Assembly (NCBI GenBank): GCA_019058365.1
Contig: JAHPZE010000003.1
Coordinates: 96,001 to 160,000 of the forward strand
Direction of reading: 5' to 3'
Source of the DNA: Promethearchaeota archaeon
GTDB taxonomy: Archaea > Asgardarchaeota > Lokiarchaeia > Sigyniarchaeales > SOKP01
Length of the DNA: 64,000 nt
Shown: positions 54,203 through 64,000 of the stretch, one piece after another
How positions within the stretch are numbered: the stretch's first letter is position 1
Layout: each line of letters starts with the position of its first letter
The notes under the pieces: model-generated
The model's database searches: none
Told to the model about the DNA's origin: nothing
What the model saw: the letters and a program-made list of their open reading frames with translations, nothing else
Made by a program: the position numbers and the translations under genes

Positions 54203-55204
54203 ATGCATCTAAAAGATAAAATTGGAATTCACTTGGATCAAATAAAACAACTCAAAGGGGTAGAAAATGCAGTATTAACTCAGCGAGATGGGAATCCCAT
54301 TCAATCAACTGGAGTATGGTTTTCTAAAGATGAAATTTTTAATGTAAGTTCAGCAACTAGTGCAATATTCAATGTGGGAATCCACTTACATCCAGAGGAT
54401 TTAAAATATATCCTAATAGAAGGGAAGAAAGCAAAAATTTTAATTGCTCCATTGAATAGTCCATTACATACTTCACTAAATAAAATATTAGAAACACAGG
54501 GTATTTTAGATAGTGATCACGAATTTTTTATCGCAATAACAGCACAACCAAACATAAATTTGGGTGGTATCTTCTTACAAACCAGTGAATGTTTAAAAAA
54601 AATTAAAACAACCCTAATAACATCAGGAGAATCTTTTAAACCACCATTAATTCAGTTTAATAATCAGAAGATCCAGAGTATTATCGAAGGATTCAATCTT
54701 AAAGATACTGAAGATTTAGATTTAATATTATCTTCTTTTTCCTTAAGCTTTTCAGAAGCTATATCCTTAGAATTAAGAAAAGTCTTGAAGAATATTTCTG
54801 TAACTATTCCAGATCTAAATTATGCTTTTATAACAATCGAGGGAGGATTTATCGCTTCTAAAATCTTGAAGAAAATTGATATAGATACTGAAAAGCTAGA
54901 TAAGATCTCAGCAATGAGTTATTCACTATTCCAAACAGCTAATAGATGTGCTTGGTTATTAAAAAAAATGCAAGCAGAAAGAATTCTACTTGACTGTCAA
55001 AATTCATTTCAATTCATTGATGGATTAGGTAAAGCAATTTTTAGCACTGAAATAGGAAAACAGAGACAAAAATTAGGTTTGATACGACTAATACTCCCTC
55101 AATTTTCTAAGAAAATCGATAGTCTTGTTAAAAAAGCCTCAGAAATTAAAGATCATAGAACATTTGATATTAAGAGAATGCTGGGGGAATTAATAATAAA
55201 GTGA
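54203..55204 (+). CDS. Tandem roadblock/LC7 (MglB-like) protein
   Basis: GVENAVLTQRDG.PI and AFITIEGGFIAS....ISAMS roadblock patterns. Confidence 0.8.
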   Translation: MHLKDKIGIHLDQIKQLKGVENAVLTQRDGNPIQSTGVWFSKDEIFNVSSATSAIFNVGIHLHPEDLKYILIEGKKAKILIAPLNSPLHTSLNKILETQGILDSDHEFFIAITAQPNINLGGIFLQTSECLKKIKTTLITSGESFKPPLIQFNNQKIQSIIEGFNLKDTEDLDLILSSFSLSFSEAISLELRKVLKNISVTIPDLNYAFITIEGGFIASKILKKIDIDTEKLDKISAMSYSLFQTANRCAWLLKKMQAERILLDCQNSFQFIDGLGKAIFSTEIGKQRQKLGLIRLILPQFSKKIDSLVKKASEIKDHRTFDIKRMLGELIIK

Positions 55205-55216
55205 TATGGTGAGTTA

Positions 55217-56113
55217 ATGAATTTTTTTACCTTTTTAGATAAATTAAAACGGAATTATAATTCTATAATTTTATATTGTTTATTAGATAGAATTCCGATA
55301 ATAGTTTTAGGGGAAGACTCAGATAAGATTGATAACTTTTTGATTGAACTTTCGGAACTTGTCGATTTTCGAAAAGACTATGTATTTTATACCGATTTTA
55401 TCTCAATAAATGATTATGAAAATCTTATATCAAATGAAAATATTGATTATAATTCTCAACGTGCCCATATCAGGTGCCCTTGTAGTGTTTCAATTAAAGC
55501 TTTAAATCAATTTGATAATATAGATTCATGGCTTATTGGATTAATAATTCCTGAAAAAAAAGATGAAGTAGTTTTTATCAAAAATTTAATTAAAGAAAAA
55601 GCAAAAGATTTACTGTTTATTACAATTTCATCTGATACCATTTCAATAAAGCTTGAAGGAATTAATTTAAAATTAATAGATTTAGCACTTGAACAAAATA
55701 CATTTAAAAAAATATCTCAAGATACTGAAAAATCCATAGCAAAAATGAAGAGAGTGCTATCAGATAAAATAACAACAAATCAACTTGATAAAGATTTATT
55801 AAAAACGTTATTAGACTTTGAAGAAGAAAAAAATGAGTTAAAAAAAAATATATTCAAAAGAGAAGTCCAAAATTTTTATTCGGGTTCAAAGAGAGCTTTT
55901 TTTATCTTATCTAGATTAAATCTGCTTAATGATATAGGAATTCAAACTCGGATTGGCAGTAAAACTCTTTTAGAAACAATAGATTATGAAGAAGCACCAA
56001 TCGAAAGAATCCTTTCCTTTATTGATAAAGAATGGGGAGAAAATTTTTCGCCCTTAATCGAGGATGGTAAAAAGGCTTTTATGGGTGATAAAATAGTTTC
56101 ACTTTGGGGTTAG
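55217..56113 (+). CDS. Hypothetical protein, possibly DENN-core-like
   Basis: LYCLLDRIPIIVLGED.......L.EL..L resembles the cDENN first helix-strand-helix; helical C-terminus. Confidence 0.45.
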   Translation: MNFFTFLDKLKRNYNSIILYCLLDRIPIIVLGEDSDKIDNFLIELSELVDFRKDYVFYTDFISINDYENLISNENIDYNSQRAHIRCPCSVSIKALNQFDNIDSWLIGLIIPEKKDEVVFIKNLIKEKAKDLLFITISSDTISIKLEGINLKLIDLALEQNTFKKISQDTEKSIAKMKRVLSDKITTNQLDKDLLKTLLDFEEEKNELKKNIFKREVQNFYSGSKRAFFILSRLNLLNDIGIQTRIGSKTLLETIDYEEAPIERILSFIDKEWGENFSPLIEDGKKAFMGDKIVSLWG

Positions 56114-56715
56114 ATAATATTATGATTTTTAATTATGATAATAAAACTTTACAAGTTAAAATAGTGTATTATGGCCCTGCAATGTCAGGTAAAACAACTT
56201 CAATAAAATCTCTTTTCTCTTTTTTTAATAAGGAACATACTGTCAAATCAATTGATAGTTCGGTAGGACGTACCTTATTTTTCGATTTTGGGGTATTGCA
56301 TTTTGAAGGCGCTGAATGGGGGCTAAAATTTTTAATTTATTCTGCAACAGGTCAAGATTTTTATGCAAGTACTAGGCCTGCTACTTTAAATGGTGTAGAT
56401 GGATTAATTTTTGTAGTTGATCCTCAAATTGAATGTTTAGAATATAATAGAAGGTCTTGGAATGAACTAAAAACGTTGTTTGGATCTAATTTTTATAATA
56501 TTCCCATCGTAATTTCATTGAATAAATGTGATATTTTTGAGAAAAAAAATTTAGAGATAGATGATTTTTTATCTTACATAGATTATCATAGGTTTAGACA
56601 TATTTCTTTGAAAAAAACAATAGCAATAAATGGAAAGGGAGTATTAGATTCCTTTAATGAATTAATTAGATTTATCTTTCCACAATTGAACATCAATCTT
56701 AGTATTAATAACTAA
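56104..56715 (+). CDS. MglA-like small GTPase
   Basis: KIVYYGPAMSGKTT, RTLFFDF, ATGQ.FY, GVDG..FV.D, NKCD. Confidence 0.88.
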   Translation: MGLDNIMIFNYDNKTLQVKIVYYGPAMSGKTTSIKSLFSFFNKEHTVKSIDSSVGRTLFFDFGVLHFEGAEWGLKFLIYSATGQDFYASTRPATLNGVDGLIFVVDPQIECLEYNRRSWNELKTLFGSNFYNIPIVISLNKCDIFEKKNLEIDDFLSYIDYHRFRHISLKKTIAINGKGVLDSFNELIRFIFPQLNINLSINN

Positions 56716-56918
56716 TTCTTATTTTTATTCTCGCTTTCAGTCTTTAAGTACATATTTTTAGATAATCTTCTTATATAACCTTGTAGATAGAATTGTTTTA
56801 ATAAATTTCTCACTTTACGTACTTCTACAGCGTCAATTCCTAAAAGACTCATTATTTGAAAAATTGAAAATTGTTTTGGTAAATTTTCCTTAATATTATT
56901 ATATAATCCCGTTTTTAA
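56712..56918 (-). CDS. Small winged-helix-like protein, start uncertain; not in ORF track
   Basis: Open frame LKTGLYNNIKENLPKQFSIFQIMSLLGIDAVEVRKVRNLLKQFYLQGYIRRLSKNMYLK. Confidence 0.55.
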   Translation of the reverse strand, partial: LKTGLYNNIKENLPKQFSIFQIMSLLGIDAVEVRKVRNLLKQFYLQGYIRRLSKNMYLKTESENKNKN

Positions 56919-57210
56919 TCACATCAATTTTTTAAATCTACAAGAATTAAATGAAGAAAGCTTTTTATACTTTATTTAAATTACAGATAACAATTTAAAT
57001 GGCGTTTAGGTTTTTATAATCCTCAAAGTAACTATAATTTATCATTCCTACTTATCGTAGATCATTTTTGTTTAGTTCTTTTCATTGAATTTTTACAACC
57101 TTAATTAATTCCCAATAATCTTTTAGATCATTATTAATTTTTTTTTTAGATTAAGAAAAATAGGAAATTAATATATTTTTCCTGTGTTAATTCTAATAAG
57201 TTTTAAAAGT

Positions 57211-57897
57211 TCAAATATCACGGAATTCTTTAAAATTGTCTCCGATTGGAGCCTCTCCATCACCATATATCTGGTATAACCCTGTTCTTCTAGCACATTC
57301 AATAAAACTACGATATACATTTTTTCTTTGCTCATACAAAGCACAAGAATTATAAATTATAGGATTCCAAATATATAATTTATGATCAGGCTCATACCAT
57401 AATTTTTCATCTTTTAAAACCTGTTTAAAATCTTCTTCGCCAATTACCTCTGTGAGATCTTGTTTATTGAGCATAACTATAAGAGGAATTTCTTTAATTA
57501 ATTTCCCTCTTGTAACATTTTTCAGTTCTTTTAACGATTCTATATTATCTTCAAAAAAGTGGGTTTGTGAGTCAACGGTGAAGATGACTCCATCGGTCCC
57601 CTTAAATATTTTTTTTCTTAAAGGTGAGAATCTTCTCTGGCCAGCAACAGTATATACATGATAAAAAACTTTTCCTCGACTCTTTTGCTTTGTTGATTGA
57701 AAAATACCTCTATCAAAATATAATGTTGATCCACTTGCCATTGAGATTTTTGTTAAATTTCCAGTAGGTTCAATATCTATTTCATTTTCTTTAGTATATC
57801 TATAAAGTGTATCTACGATTGTTGTTTTTCCTGATCCTGCCATCCCCCAATATAAAAGTTTTATATATACTTTATGATCTGCTGTAAATCTAACCAT
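57211..57897 (-). CDS. MglA-like small GTPase
   Basis: KLLYWGMAGSGKTT, TLYFD, YTVAGQ, GTDG..F.VDS, NKQD. Confidence 0.88.
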   Translation of the reverse strand: MVRFTADHKVYIKLLYWGMAGSGKTTIVDTLYRYTKENEIDIEPTGNLTKISMASGSTLYFDRGIFQSTKQKSRGKVFYHVYTVAGQRRFSPLRKKIFKGTDGVIFTVDSQTHFFEDNIESLKELKNVTRGKLIKEIPLIVMLNKQDLTEVIGEEDFKQVLKDEKLWYEPDHKLYIWNPIIYNSCALYEQRKNVYRSFIECARRTGLYQIYGDGEAPIGDNFKEFRDI

Positions 57898-58122
57898 TGA
57901 AAATCATACCTTAATTAATAAATTTTAATGTAAAATATTGCTCCTTCCAACATATTTCATAAAAAGAGCATCTTGTTGATGAAATATTCTAGTAATTTTT
58001 ATTTAAATATATTAATACGTATTATTATAATTTAGTATTTATAATTGCTTTGTGATATTTTAAATTTTTTTTTAACAAGATATTTAAATGTAGAACTCAA
58101 CTTTACTAAAAAACGTGAGAAT

Positions 58123-58362
58123 TCATTCAAACTCTACAAATATTTTTCCTAGTCTAATTTTATAATTGCACCATAAAATTAATAGGTTATAATTTTTTCC
58201 TATATAACCTTCTCTAATAATTAGATTTATAATATCTGAGTACATAATCTCTCTTTTCCCTTTAATAATTTGCTTAAGCTTATTTATAATATTTTCCAAT
58301 ATTTCACAATTATTAATTGAAATTTTCTTGATTTTTCCTAGGTTATTAACGTTCTGATGCAT
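58123..58362 (-). CDS. Small hypothetical protein
   Basis: 79-aa ORF, no recognised motif. Confidence 0.45.
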   Translation of the reverse strand: MHQNVNNLGKIKKISINNCEILENIINKLKQIIKGKREIMYSDIINLIIREGYIGKNYNLLILWCNYKIRLGKIFVEFE

Positions 58363-58596
58363 TTTAATTCAAATCATTTTATTAACTAATTTTATCATCA
58401 CTAGTTCAGGTTTTTGATTAACAATATTCTAAATATAACATTTTAAATTCATACTTTTTTACTTTCAATCTTCTCTCTCTTTCCCTATAGAATTTTATTT
58501 CATTTCATAGGAACATCAATATCATTAACGATACCGTTGTTCTACAAAATAAAATTAATATTGACATTAAATCTTAAACTTAAAATATAAATTAAC

Positions 58597-59631
58597 GTGA
58601 TCAAGATTAGCTATATTAAAAATTGTAGTGAAGATACTGAAAATTGCCCGGAATGTGGAGGCAATATAATTATAAATAGTTATGAAAAAATCTGTCAAGA
58701 ATGTGGATTAGTAATTAATAAATTCTTTAGAGAAACGGCTTTTATTTCTAATGATTTAAAAAGCAAAAGTAATTTAAACAAACAATATGTAGCATTAGGA
58801 GAACGAACTGATTTCATAGGCGGATTAGGTTCGTTTATTGATTATGAAAAATCTAAATATTTAAAAGATAAAAGTGGAAAACTTCTACCTCCTAGTGAAC
58901 AGAAATTATTTCGAAGATTAAAAAAAAACTATGCTCAATTTCTAAGAATCAAAAATCATGAAACTGAATATAGAGTTTTTAATATTTTAAACAAAATTTC
59001 GCTATATCTCAACCTAAGCAGAAATATCCGAAATAATGCTGCTTATTATTATAAAAAAATTATTAAAACTGAAGAAAAAGTAATTAATAACATCTCACTT
59101 ATAGCATTTTGTATTTTTTTTGCAGCACGAAAAGAATACCATAATGCTCCAATAACGATTAATGAAATCTCTAAAGCATTTCAAAATTTTGGTCATCGTG
59201 TAAATCCAAGGTTAATTTTAAGAGATGGTATAAGATATAAGCATCTTTTGAATAATGAATCATCACCTCATAAAAGTGAAGATTATCTCATTAGACTTAT
59301 AGATGAAGTTATAAAACATAAAGACTTAAAATCGAGATTAGTAAAAAAAGGAATTTTTTGGTCTGTTGCTGAATTTCAAAATAAATTACTAGCGAAGTGT
59401 CGTGAGATTTTAAAAGAATTACCATTGTGGAATAGAGGTGGGAGAAATCCCTTTATTTTGACAGGAGCAGTTATATATCTCGCAGATAAATTATTGGGTA
59501 AAGAATATAATCAAAAAGCAATTTTAACTCAAAAAATCATATCTCAAGCCACACACATTGCTGAGTATTCTATTAGAGATCATTATGTAAACCTTTTAAA
59601 GCCATTCTTTATAATTAATCATCCAATTTGA
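58597..59631 (+). CDS. Divergent TFB paralogue
   Basis: CPECGG..CQECG Zn ribbon, cyclin-like repeats, GRNP..L....IY, TQK.I......EYSIRDHY. Confidence 0.8.
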   Translation: MIKISYIKNCSEDTENCPECGGNIIINSYEKICQECGLVINKFFRETAFISNDLKSKSNLNKQYVALGERTDFIGGLGSFIDYEKSKYLKDKSGKLLPPSEQKLFRRLKKNYAQFLRIKNHETEYRVFNILNKISLYLNLSRNIRNNAAYYYKKIIKTEEKVINNISLIAFCIFFAARKEYHNAPITINEISKAFQNFGHRVNPRLILRDGIRYKHLLNNESSPHKSEDYLIRLIDEVIKHKDLKSRLVKKGIFWSVAEFQNKLLAKCREILKELPLWNRGGRNPFILTGAVIYLADKLLGKEYNQKAILTQKIISQATHIAEYSIRDHYVNLLKPFFIINHPI

Positions 59632-59795
59632 AATTTATAATTAAAATTGTATAATTTTTAAATAATCCTATATTAGTGTATATTTAATAATTCACTAATG
59701 TGGATTAGGTCGAATTTAGGTCATATTAAATTTTTTAAATTATCTAAATTTATTTATTATAACATTTTTGAATTCATAAAAGATACAAAATTTCT

Positions 59796-59907
59796 GCTTC
59801 TGTAGTGTAGTCCGGTCAATCTAACTTAGTTATCAATATACTATGATTAGGATTAAGCATACGAGGCTCTCACCCTCGGAACCCGGGTTCGAATCCCGGC
59901 AGAAGCA
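59796..59907 (+). tRNA. tRNA-Glu (CTC), 37-nt intron at 21/22 (59820-59856)
   Basis: GCTTCTG/CAGAAGC acceptor, CGAGG-CTCTCAC-CCTCG, BHB helix GGTC/GATT. Confidence 0.92.
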
Positions 59908-59987
59908 TTAATCTATACATATTTTTCTTTTTCTTAACTTAAAGGATAAGTTATCTAAATTTTGAATTAGAGGAATAACTTATTTGC

Positions 59988-60386
59988 CTAAATTTTATCT
60001 CTCTTAATAGATATTTTATTAAGAAGATCGAGAAAATTTAATAACATCTTAGTGTATGTTTCTATCAACTGTAAATGAGTCTCATTTTTTAATTTATTAG
60101 TTACTATTTCTAATTTTTCAAATAGTACATCTTGTAATAAAGACAATACCTCAATCTGTCTGTTTTGATTATTAGTTCCTGGCACTTTATTATTGTATAT
60201 CTCAGTTCTTTTATTGGTATGATTTTGATTGTTTGTAATTAAAACTTTTCTATTACATGTTGGACAGAAAATAGTTCCGTTTTTATTTCGAAAGATTGGG
60301 TTATTACAAATAGGACAAGCCATGTTTAGCATAGTACTTCCAGATCTAAGAAGATCTGCCATTTTTTTTATATTTTCATTAACCAT
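59988..60386 (-). CDS. UPF0148 / autoantigen p27 Zn-ribbon protein
   Basis: MADLLRSG.TML..ACP.C..P.F...G...CP.C. Confidence 0.88.
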   Translation of the reverse strand: MVNENIKKMADLLRSGSTMLNMACPICNNPIFRNKNGTIFCPTCNRKVLITNNQNHTNKRTEIYNNKVPGTNNQNRQIEVLSLLQDVLFEKLEIVTNKLKNETHLQLIETYTKMLLNFLDLLNKISIKRDKI

Positions 60387-60452
60387 TATCTATAAAATCT
60401 TTAAAATTAGTTAAATTTTAATAATAAAAGGTACAAATTTGAGTTGGAAAAT

Positions 60453-60647
60453 TTATTCTTTTTCCCTTATTTTTAATAAATTTACAATATATCCTGAGAT
60501 TCTATTTCTTAAATGTTTTGAATCAACTTCAAGATATTTATCCAATAATTTTTTATTTTTTTCAAAATCGGTGGTAAACACATTTGGGTATTTGTTTATT
60601 AATTCTTTTGAAACATTTTTTATTAAAATTGATCGTACTTTTCCCAT
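60453..60647 (-). CDS. rps17e: 30S ribosomal protein eS17
   Basis: MGKVR, FTTDFE.NK, SK.LRNRI.GY. Confidence 0.96.
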   Translation of the reverse strand: MGKVRSILIKNVSKELINKYPNVFTTDFEKNKKLLDKYLEVDSKHLRNRISGYIVNLLKIREKE

Positions 60648-60709
60648 TTCGATTACATTTATTTATCATTTCTTATTTTGAAATTAAATATTTAGTAAAA
60701 TAAATTTTT

Positions 60710-61978
60710 TTGGAATTATTTGGGTTTTTATACTTTAAATTAGAAAAATATAGTGTGAAAAAAAAATATGGTATGATACTTCCAATTCTATTAATAGTAG
60801 AATTTTTAACTGTAATCAATCCTGTTAATGCTTTTAATTGTAATTTAAATACTTTGGATACAAATCAAACTGAATATTATATAAATGAAGATATTAATAT
60901 ATTTGCATCTTGGGAATTATATTTTAATCCTGCTAACGAAATCGCATACATTCAAATCCATATATTAGATGACTCCGATCAAATTATATGGAATTCTTCA
61001 AAAAATAATCAGATTGGAACTCATGAACAGAATTGGACTGTAAATATTGAAGAATTTATATTAGATCCTAGAAATAACTCATATATACTCTTTATAAAGT
61101 TTTTTATCTTTTATTTTCAAATTGATACGACAAATACTATGTATACTTATTTAGATACAATAGAAATTAAAGCCATAAAAAGAAATGTCGCATGTGAATT
61201 AATTAGATATAAAGATCATATAAAAATAGGTGAAAAAGTATCTCTTATCGCAAAATTTTATACTGAATCATCAGAAAGTGTTTTCAATTTAACTAATGAA
61301 ACAATACAATTTATGACATCTTTTAATAATACAACAATATATTATTCTAATTACACAACAGATACAAGAGGGATTATTAGCTTCCAAATATCCTCCCTCA
61401 CACATTTAAAATTAGGACAAAATTTTTTAATATTTTTTATTACAAATAACAGAATCTTTAATGATTCAAAATTCGTTTATGAAATATTCGTTGAGAAAAA
61501 TCCCATACTTATTGACATTAATAAATTTAGTGAAACTCTTAAAAAAAATGAAGAATTGGAAATAAATTTGCGATTTTACTATTATTTTAATCAATCCTTA
61601 AAACCTCTTGCTAATTATAACATTTTTTTGAAGATTATCGATAATAAAACACCAGTATTTATCAAAGAATATGAAACTGATAAGTTTGGAAATTTAACAA
61701 TTAATATCTCTCAAGAACTTTTTAATTTTAACCAAAAAAGCCAAAAACTCATAGTTAATATTTATTTTAATGGAACTTATTTTTTAGATAATAAAACTTT
61801 ATCTTTAGATTTAAAATTAAATCAGGATGTATATTCTGAAATAAATAATTCCTTTCAAATTAACTTCTTTTCTTTTATTTCCATTTTGGTGATAATATTA
61901 ATACTTTTTTCTTATATACTAACTAATAAGAGAAGTAAAAGTGAAAAGTTACTAACAGATCTAATTATTAGATATTGA
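60710..61978 (+). CDS. Secreted, C-terminally anchored beta-rich (Ig-like) surface protein
   Basis: Signal-like segment, repeated TD..G motifs, C-terminal TM. Confidence 0.6.
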   Translation: MELFGFLYFKLEKYSVKKKYGMILPILLIVEFLTVINPVNAFNCNLNTLDTNQTEYYINEDINIFASWELYFNPANEIAYIQIHILDDSDQIIWNSSKNNQIGTHEQNWTVNIEEFILDPRNNSYILFIKFFIFYFQIDTTNTMYTYLDTIEIKAIKRNVACELIRYKDHIKIGEKVSLIAKFYTESSESVFNLTNETIQFMTSFNNTTIYYSNYTTDTRGIISFQISSLTHLKLGQNFLIFFITNNRIFNDSKFVYEIFVEKNPILIDINKFSETLKKNEELEINLRFYYYFNQSLKPLANYNIFLKIIDNKTPVFIKEYETDKFGNLTINISQELFNFNQKSQKLIVNIYFNGTYFLDNKTLSLDLKLNQDVYSEINNSFQINFFSFISILVIILILFSYILTNKRSKSEKLLTDLIIRY

Positions 61979-62251
61979 ATTAAAAATATACGGTTTTTAA
62001 ATAATTTAAAGATTTATTAAAATTATATTAATAAAAGGTTAACCTTCCAGACGCGACATAAATCTGAGACTCTTCTTTTATTGAGTAATAGCTAAGTTAT
62101 GTTTTGAAAGATTCTAGCGTGATTTTTAGAAAGAAAAGGGTATAAATTCAAGATAAATATTTAAAATTCTGAGTTAAAAAATTAATACTCCGTCCTTTAT
62201 TATAAACGATTATTTTCTTAAATCACCATAAAGTCTCATTTAATAAATCAT

Positions 62252-63457
62252 TTGATTATGGAGTATTTTGAAGAGTTACTAAGGAGACCGTCAATATTTA
62301 AGGATGAGAGTAAACTTGATATTAATTTCATCCCAGATAAATTGCCACATAGAGATAAAGAAATTTCCTTATTATCTCAACTTTTTCTTGGATTAATTAC
62401 TAATCCAAATTCAATATCAAGAAAAATCTTAATAACTGGAAAAACAGGAATTGGAAAAACTGCTACTGTAAAATTATTTGGATTCTTACTAGAAAAAGCC
62501 TCAAAAAAACGAGATATAAATATAAAATATGTTCATGTTAATTGCAGGAAAGAAAGAACAAGTTATAAAGTGTTAATCAAGTTAATCCAATTAATAGATA
62601 ATAAATTTCCGAAACGGGGATATTCTTCACAAGATCTATTAGATATTCTGATTGAATTTCTATATCGCCATGATTTACATTTATTAATTGGATTAGATGA
62701 ATTAAGTTATCTTATAAATAAACATGAAGATTTAATATATTCATTAACCCGGATTAACGATGACACCTTAAAAGGGGATCAACGATTGTCAATTATTGGA
62801 ATTGTAAGAGATATTTCATGTTTAAATAATTTAGATAACAGTACGATGAGTACACTGCAAAGAAATATAATTAATTTTAAGAATTATTCAAAAGACCAAA
62901 TTTATGATATCTTAAAATATAGAGCAGATATAAGTCTTAAAAAAAATGTGCTACCTAATAAAATGCTTGAAACTATATCTGAGATTACATTTAGTTCTGG
63001 TGATGTTAGAACCGGATTAAACATTCTGTGGAGATCATGTAAAATTGCTGAAAGTAAGAATCTGAAATACGTAAATGCTGAATGTATTAGGCAGGGAAAT
63101 CAAGATTTACTTCCCTTTTCTGCATTGGATATTTTAGAATATATGAATTCTCAAAAAAGAATATTCTTGCTTGCTATTATCAAAGCTTTAAATAATAGTG
63201 AGCAAATTGAAATTTCGTTTAATGACGCTTTAAAAAGTTATAATGTGGTATGTGAAAATTTAGGTTTAAAACCTAAATCTCATTCGCAAGTATGGAATTA
63301 TCTCCAAGAATTTAAAAGAGAAAATATCATAGAAACTAATGTCATTAGCGAAAAGATAAAAGGTAGGCATGCAGTTATCAAAATTACTGATTTAAGTTTA
63401 CCTAATTTAGAAAAAAATACAATAGAAATATTAAACTCTAAAGGTTTTAAAATTTGA
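62252..63457 (+). CDS. cdc6: Orc1/Cdc6 replication initiator
   Basis: IP..LPHR, GKTGIGKT, VNC, LDE, Y...Q..DIL..R, GD.R, C-terminal wH with GR. Confidence 0.93.
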   Translation: MIMEYFEELLRRPSIFKDESKLDINFIPDKLPHRDKEISLLSQLFLGLITNPNSISRKILITGKTGIGKTATVKLFGFLLEKASKKRDINIKYVHVNCRKERTSYKVLIKLIQLIDNKFPKRGYSSQDLLDILIEFLYRHDLHLLIGLDELSYLINKHEDLIYSLTRINDDTLKGDQRLSIIGIVRDISCLNNLDNSTMSTLQRNIINFKNYSKDQIYDILKYRADISLKKNVLPNKMLETISEITFSSGDVRTGLNILWRSCKIAESKNLKYVNAECIRQGNQDLLPFSALDILEYMNSQKRIFLLAIIKALNNSEQIEISFNDALKSYNVVCENLGLKPKSHSQVWNYLQEFKRENIIETNVISEKIKGRHAVIKITDLSLPNLEKNTIEILNSKGFKI

Positions 63458-63747
63458 TTGTCAATAGATTGGAAAAAAAAAATTTAATAGAAGATTTATT
63501 AGGATCACGAGCTAGAGTTAAAATTCTAAAAACTTTAGCAATAAATGAAGAATTAACAATCTCTTTAATTATTAGTAAAACAAGATTAAATTATTCTTGT
63601 GTTTTACGGCACTTGAATTACCTAAAGAAGCTTAATTTAATCCAAGAAAAAAATTTTGGAAGAATAAAAATATTTAGATATAAAATAGAAAATGTGAAAG
63701 CAAGGAGTTTAAGAAATTTAATAGAAATTTGGGAAGGAGCTTTTTAA
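63454..63747 (+). CDS. ArsR-like winged-helix protein
   Basis: GSRARVKIL, HL..L....LI.E..FGRIKI. Confidence 0.8.
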   Translation: MIVNRLEKKNLIEDLLGSRARVKILKTLAINEELTISLIISKTRLNYSCVLRHLNYLKKLNLIQEKNFGRIKIFRYKIENVKARSLRNLIEIWEGAF

Positions 63748-63751
63748 TAAT

Positions 63752-64000
63752 ATGATCTCTATAGTCATTCTAACAACTGTATTTTTTTTCACTATTACTT
63801 TTTCAATTGTATTATATTTAGATTTAAAATTTCGTAGAATTCCAAATAATCTTTTAAAGTTCGCTTTTACTGTTAGTTTTATTCTTAATATAGGTGAAAG
63901 TATTTCATATTTCGACAATTATGTGATATTTTTATTTGGTAAATTTTTTTTTTTTTATTAGCTTTTCTTCCTTCATTTCTATTGTTTAATCTAAAAGTAA
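63752..64000 (+). CDS. A24 prepilin-peptidase-like membrane protein, N-terminal part; frameshifted at a T13 run and cut by the window edge
   Basis: YLDLKFRRIPN motif; hydrophobic frame continues after the T run in a shifted frame. Confidence 0.65.

Noticed and set aside
56919-56924. ATG-TGA as selenocysteine readthrough
   Set aside because: Sec at residue 2 of a wHTH-like protein is implausible and no SECIS was identified
61979-62251. Replication origin upstream of cdc6
   Set aside because: AT-rich, but only one partial TTCCAG and no repeated ORB elements visible

Overview
AT-rich archaeal chromosomal segment, almost certainly from an Asgard archaeon of the Lokiarchaeia type. It has archaeal 16S/23S rRNA, archaeal information-processing genes and eukaryotic-signature proteins (profilin, Rab-like and MglA-like GTPases, roadblock proteins, a RING protein). 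Most of the window is housekeeping: aRF1, aIF2-beta, NMD3, RIO1, Dim2, FtsZ, two TFBs, Rpo12, RPA, thermosome, Cdc6, and CoA and methanofuran enzymes. The 16S gene (with tRNA-Ala) lies about 50 kb from the 23S gene. All seven tRNA genes carry BHB-type introns, mostly at non-canonical sites; tRNA-Asn has three inserts, one apparently nested. Best candidate for a new system: a tRNA-flanked island (37.8-44.9 kb) in which a cobalamin-binding radical SAM gene sits between two unannotated paralogous 36-37 aa peptide genes. These share a promoter, a signal-like leader and G-[YF]-A, each followed by a different 8-residue tail, and they lie divergent from a 1216-aa putative regulator. This suggests a RiPP or peptide-signal locus. 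Also notable: the aIF1/SUI1 gene has no ATG/GTG/TTG start and appears to begin at ATT; a 33-bp direct repeat brackets an insertion at the 3' end of a Rab-like GTPase gene; and there is a roadblock/DENN-like/MglA operon. All family calls come from motif recognition by eye; no searches were run.
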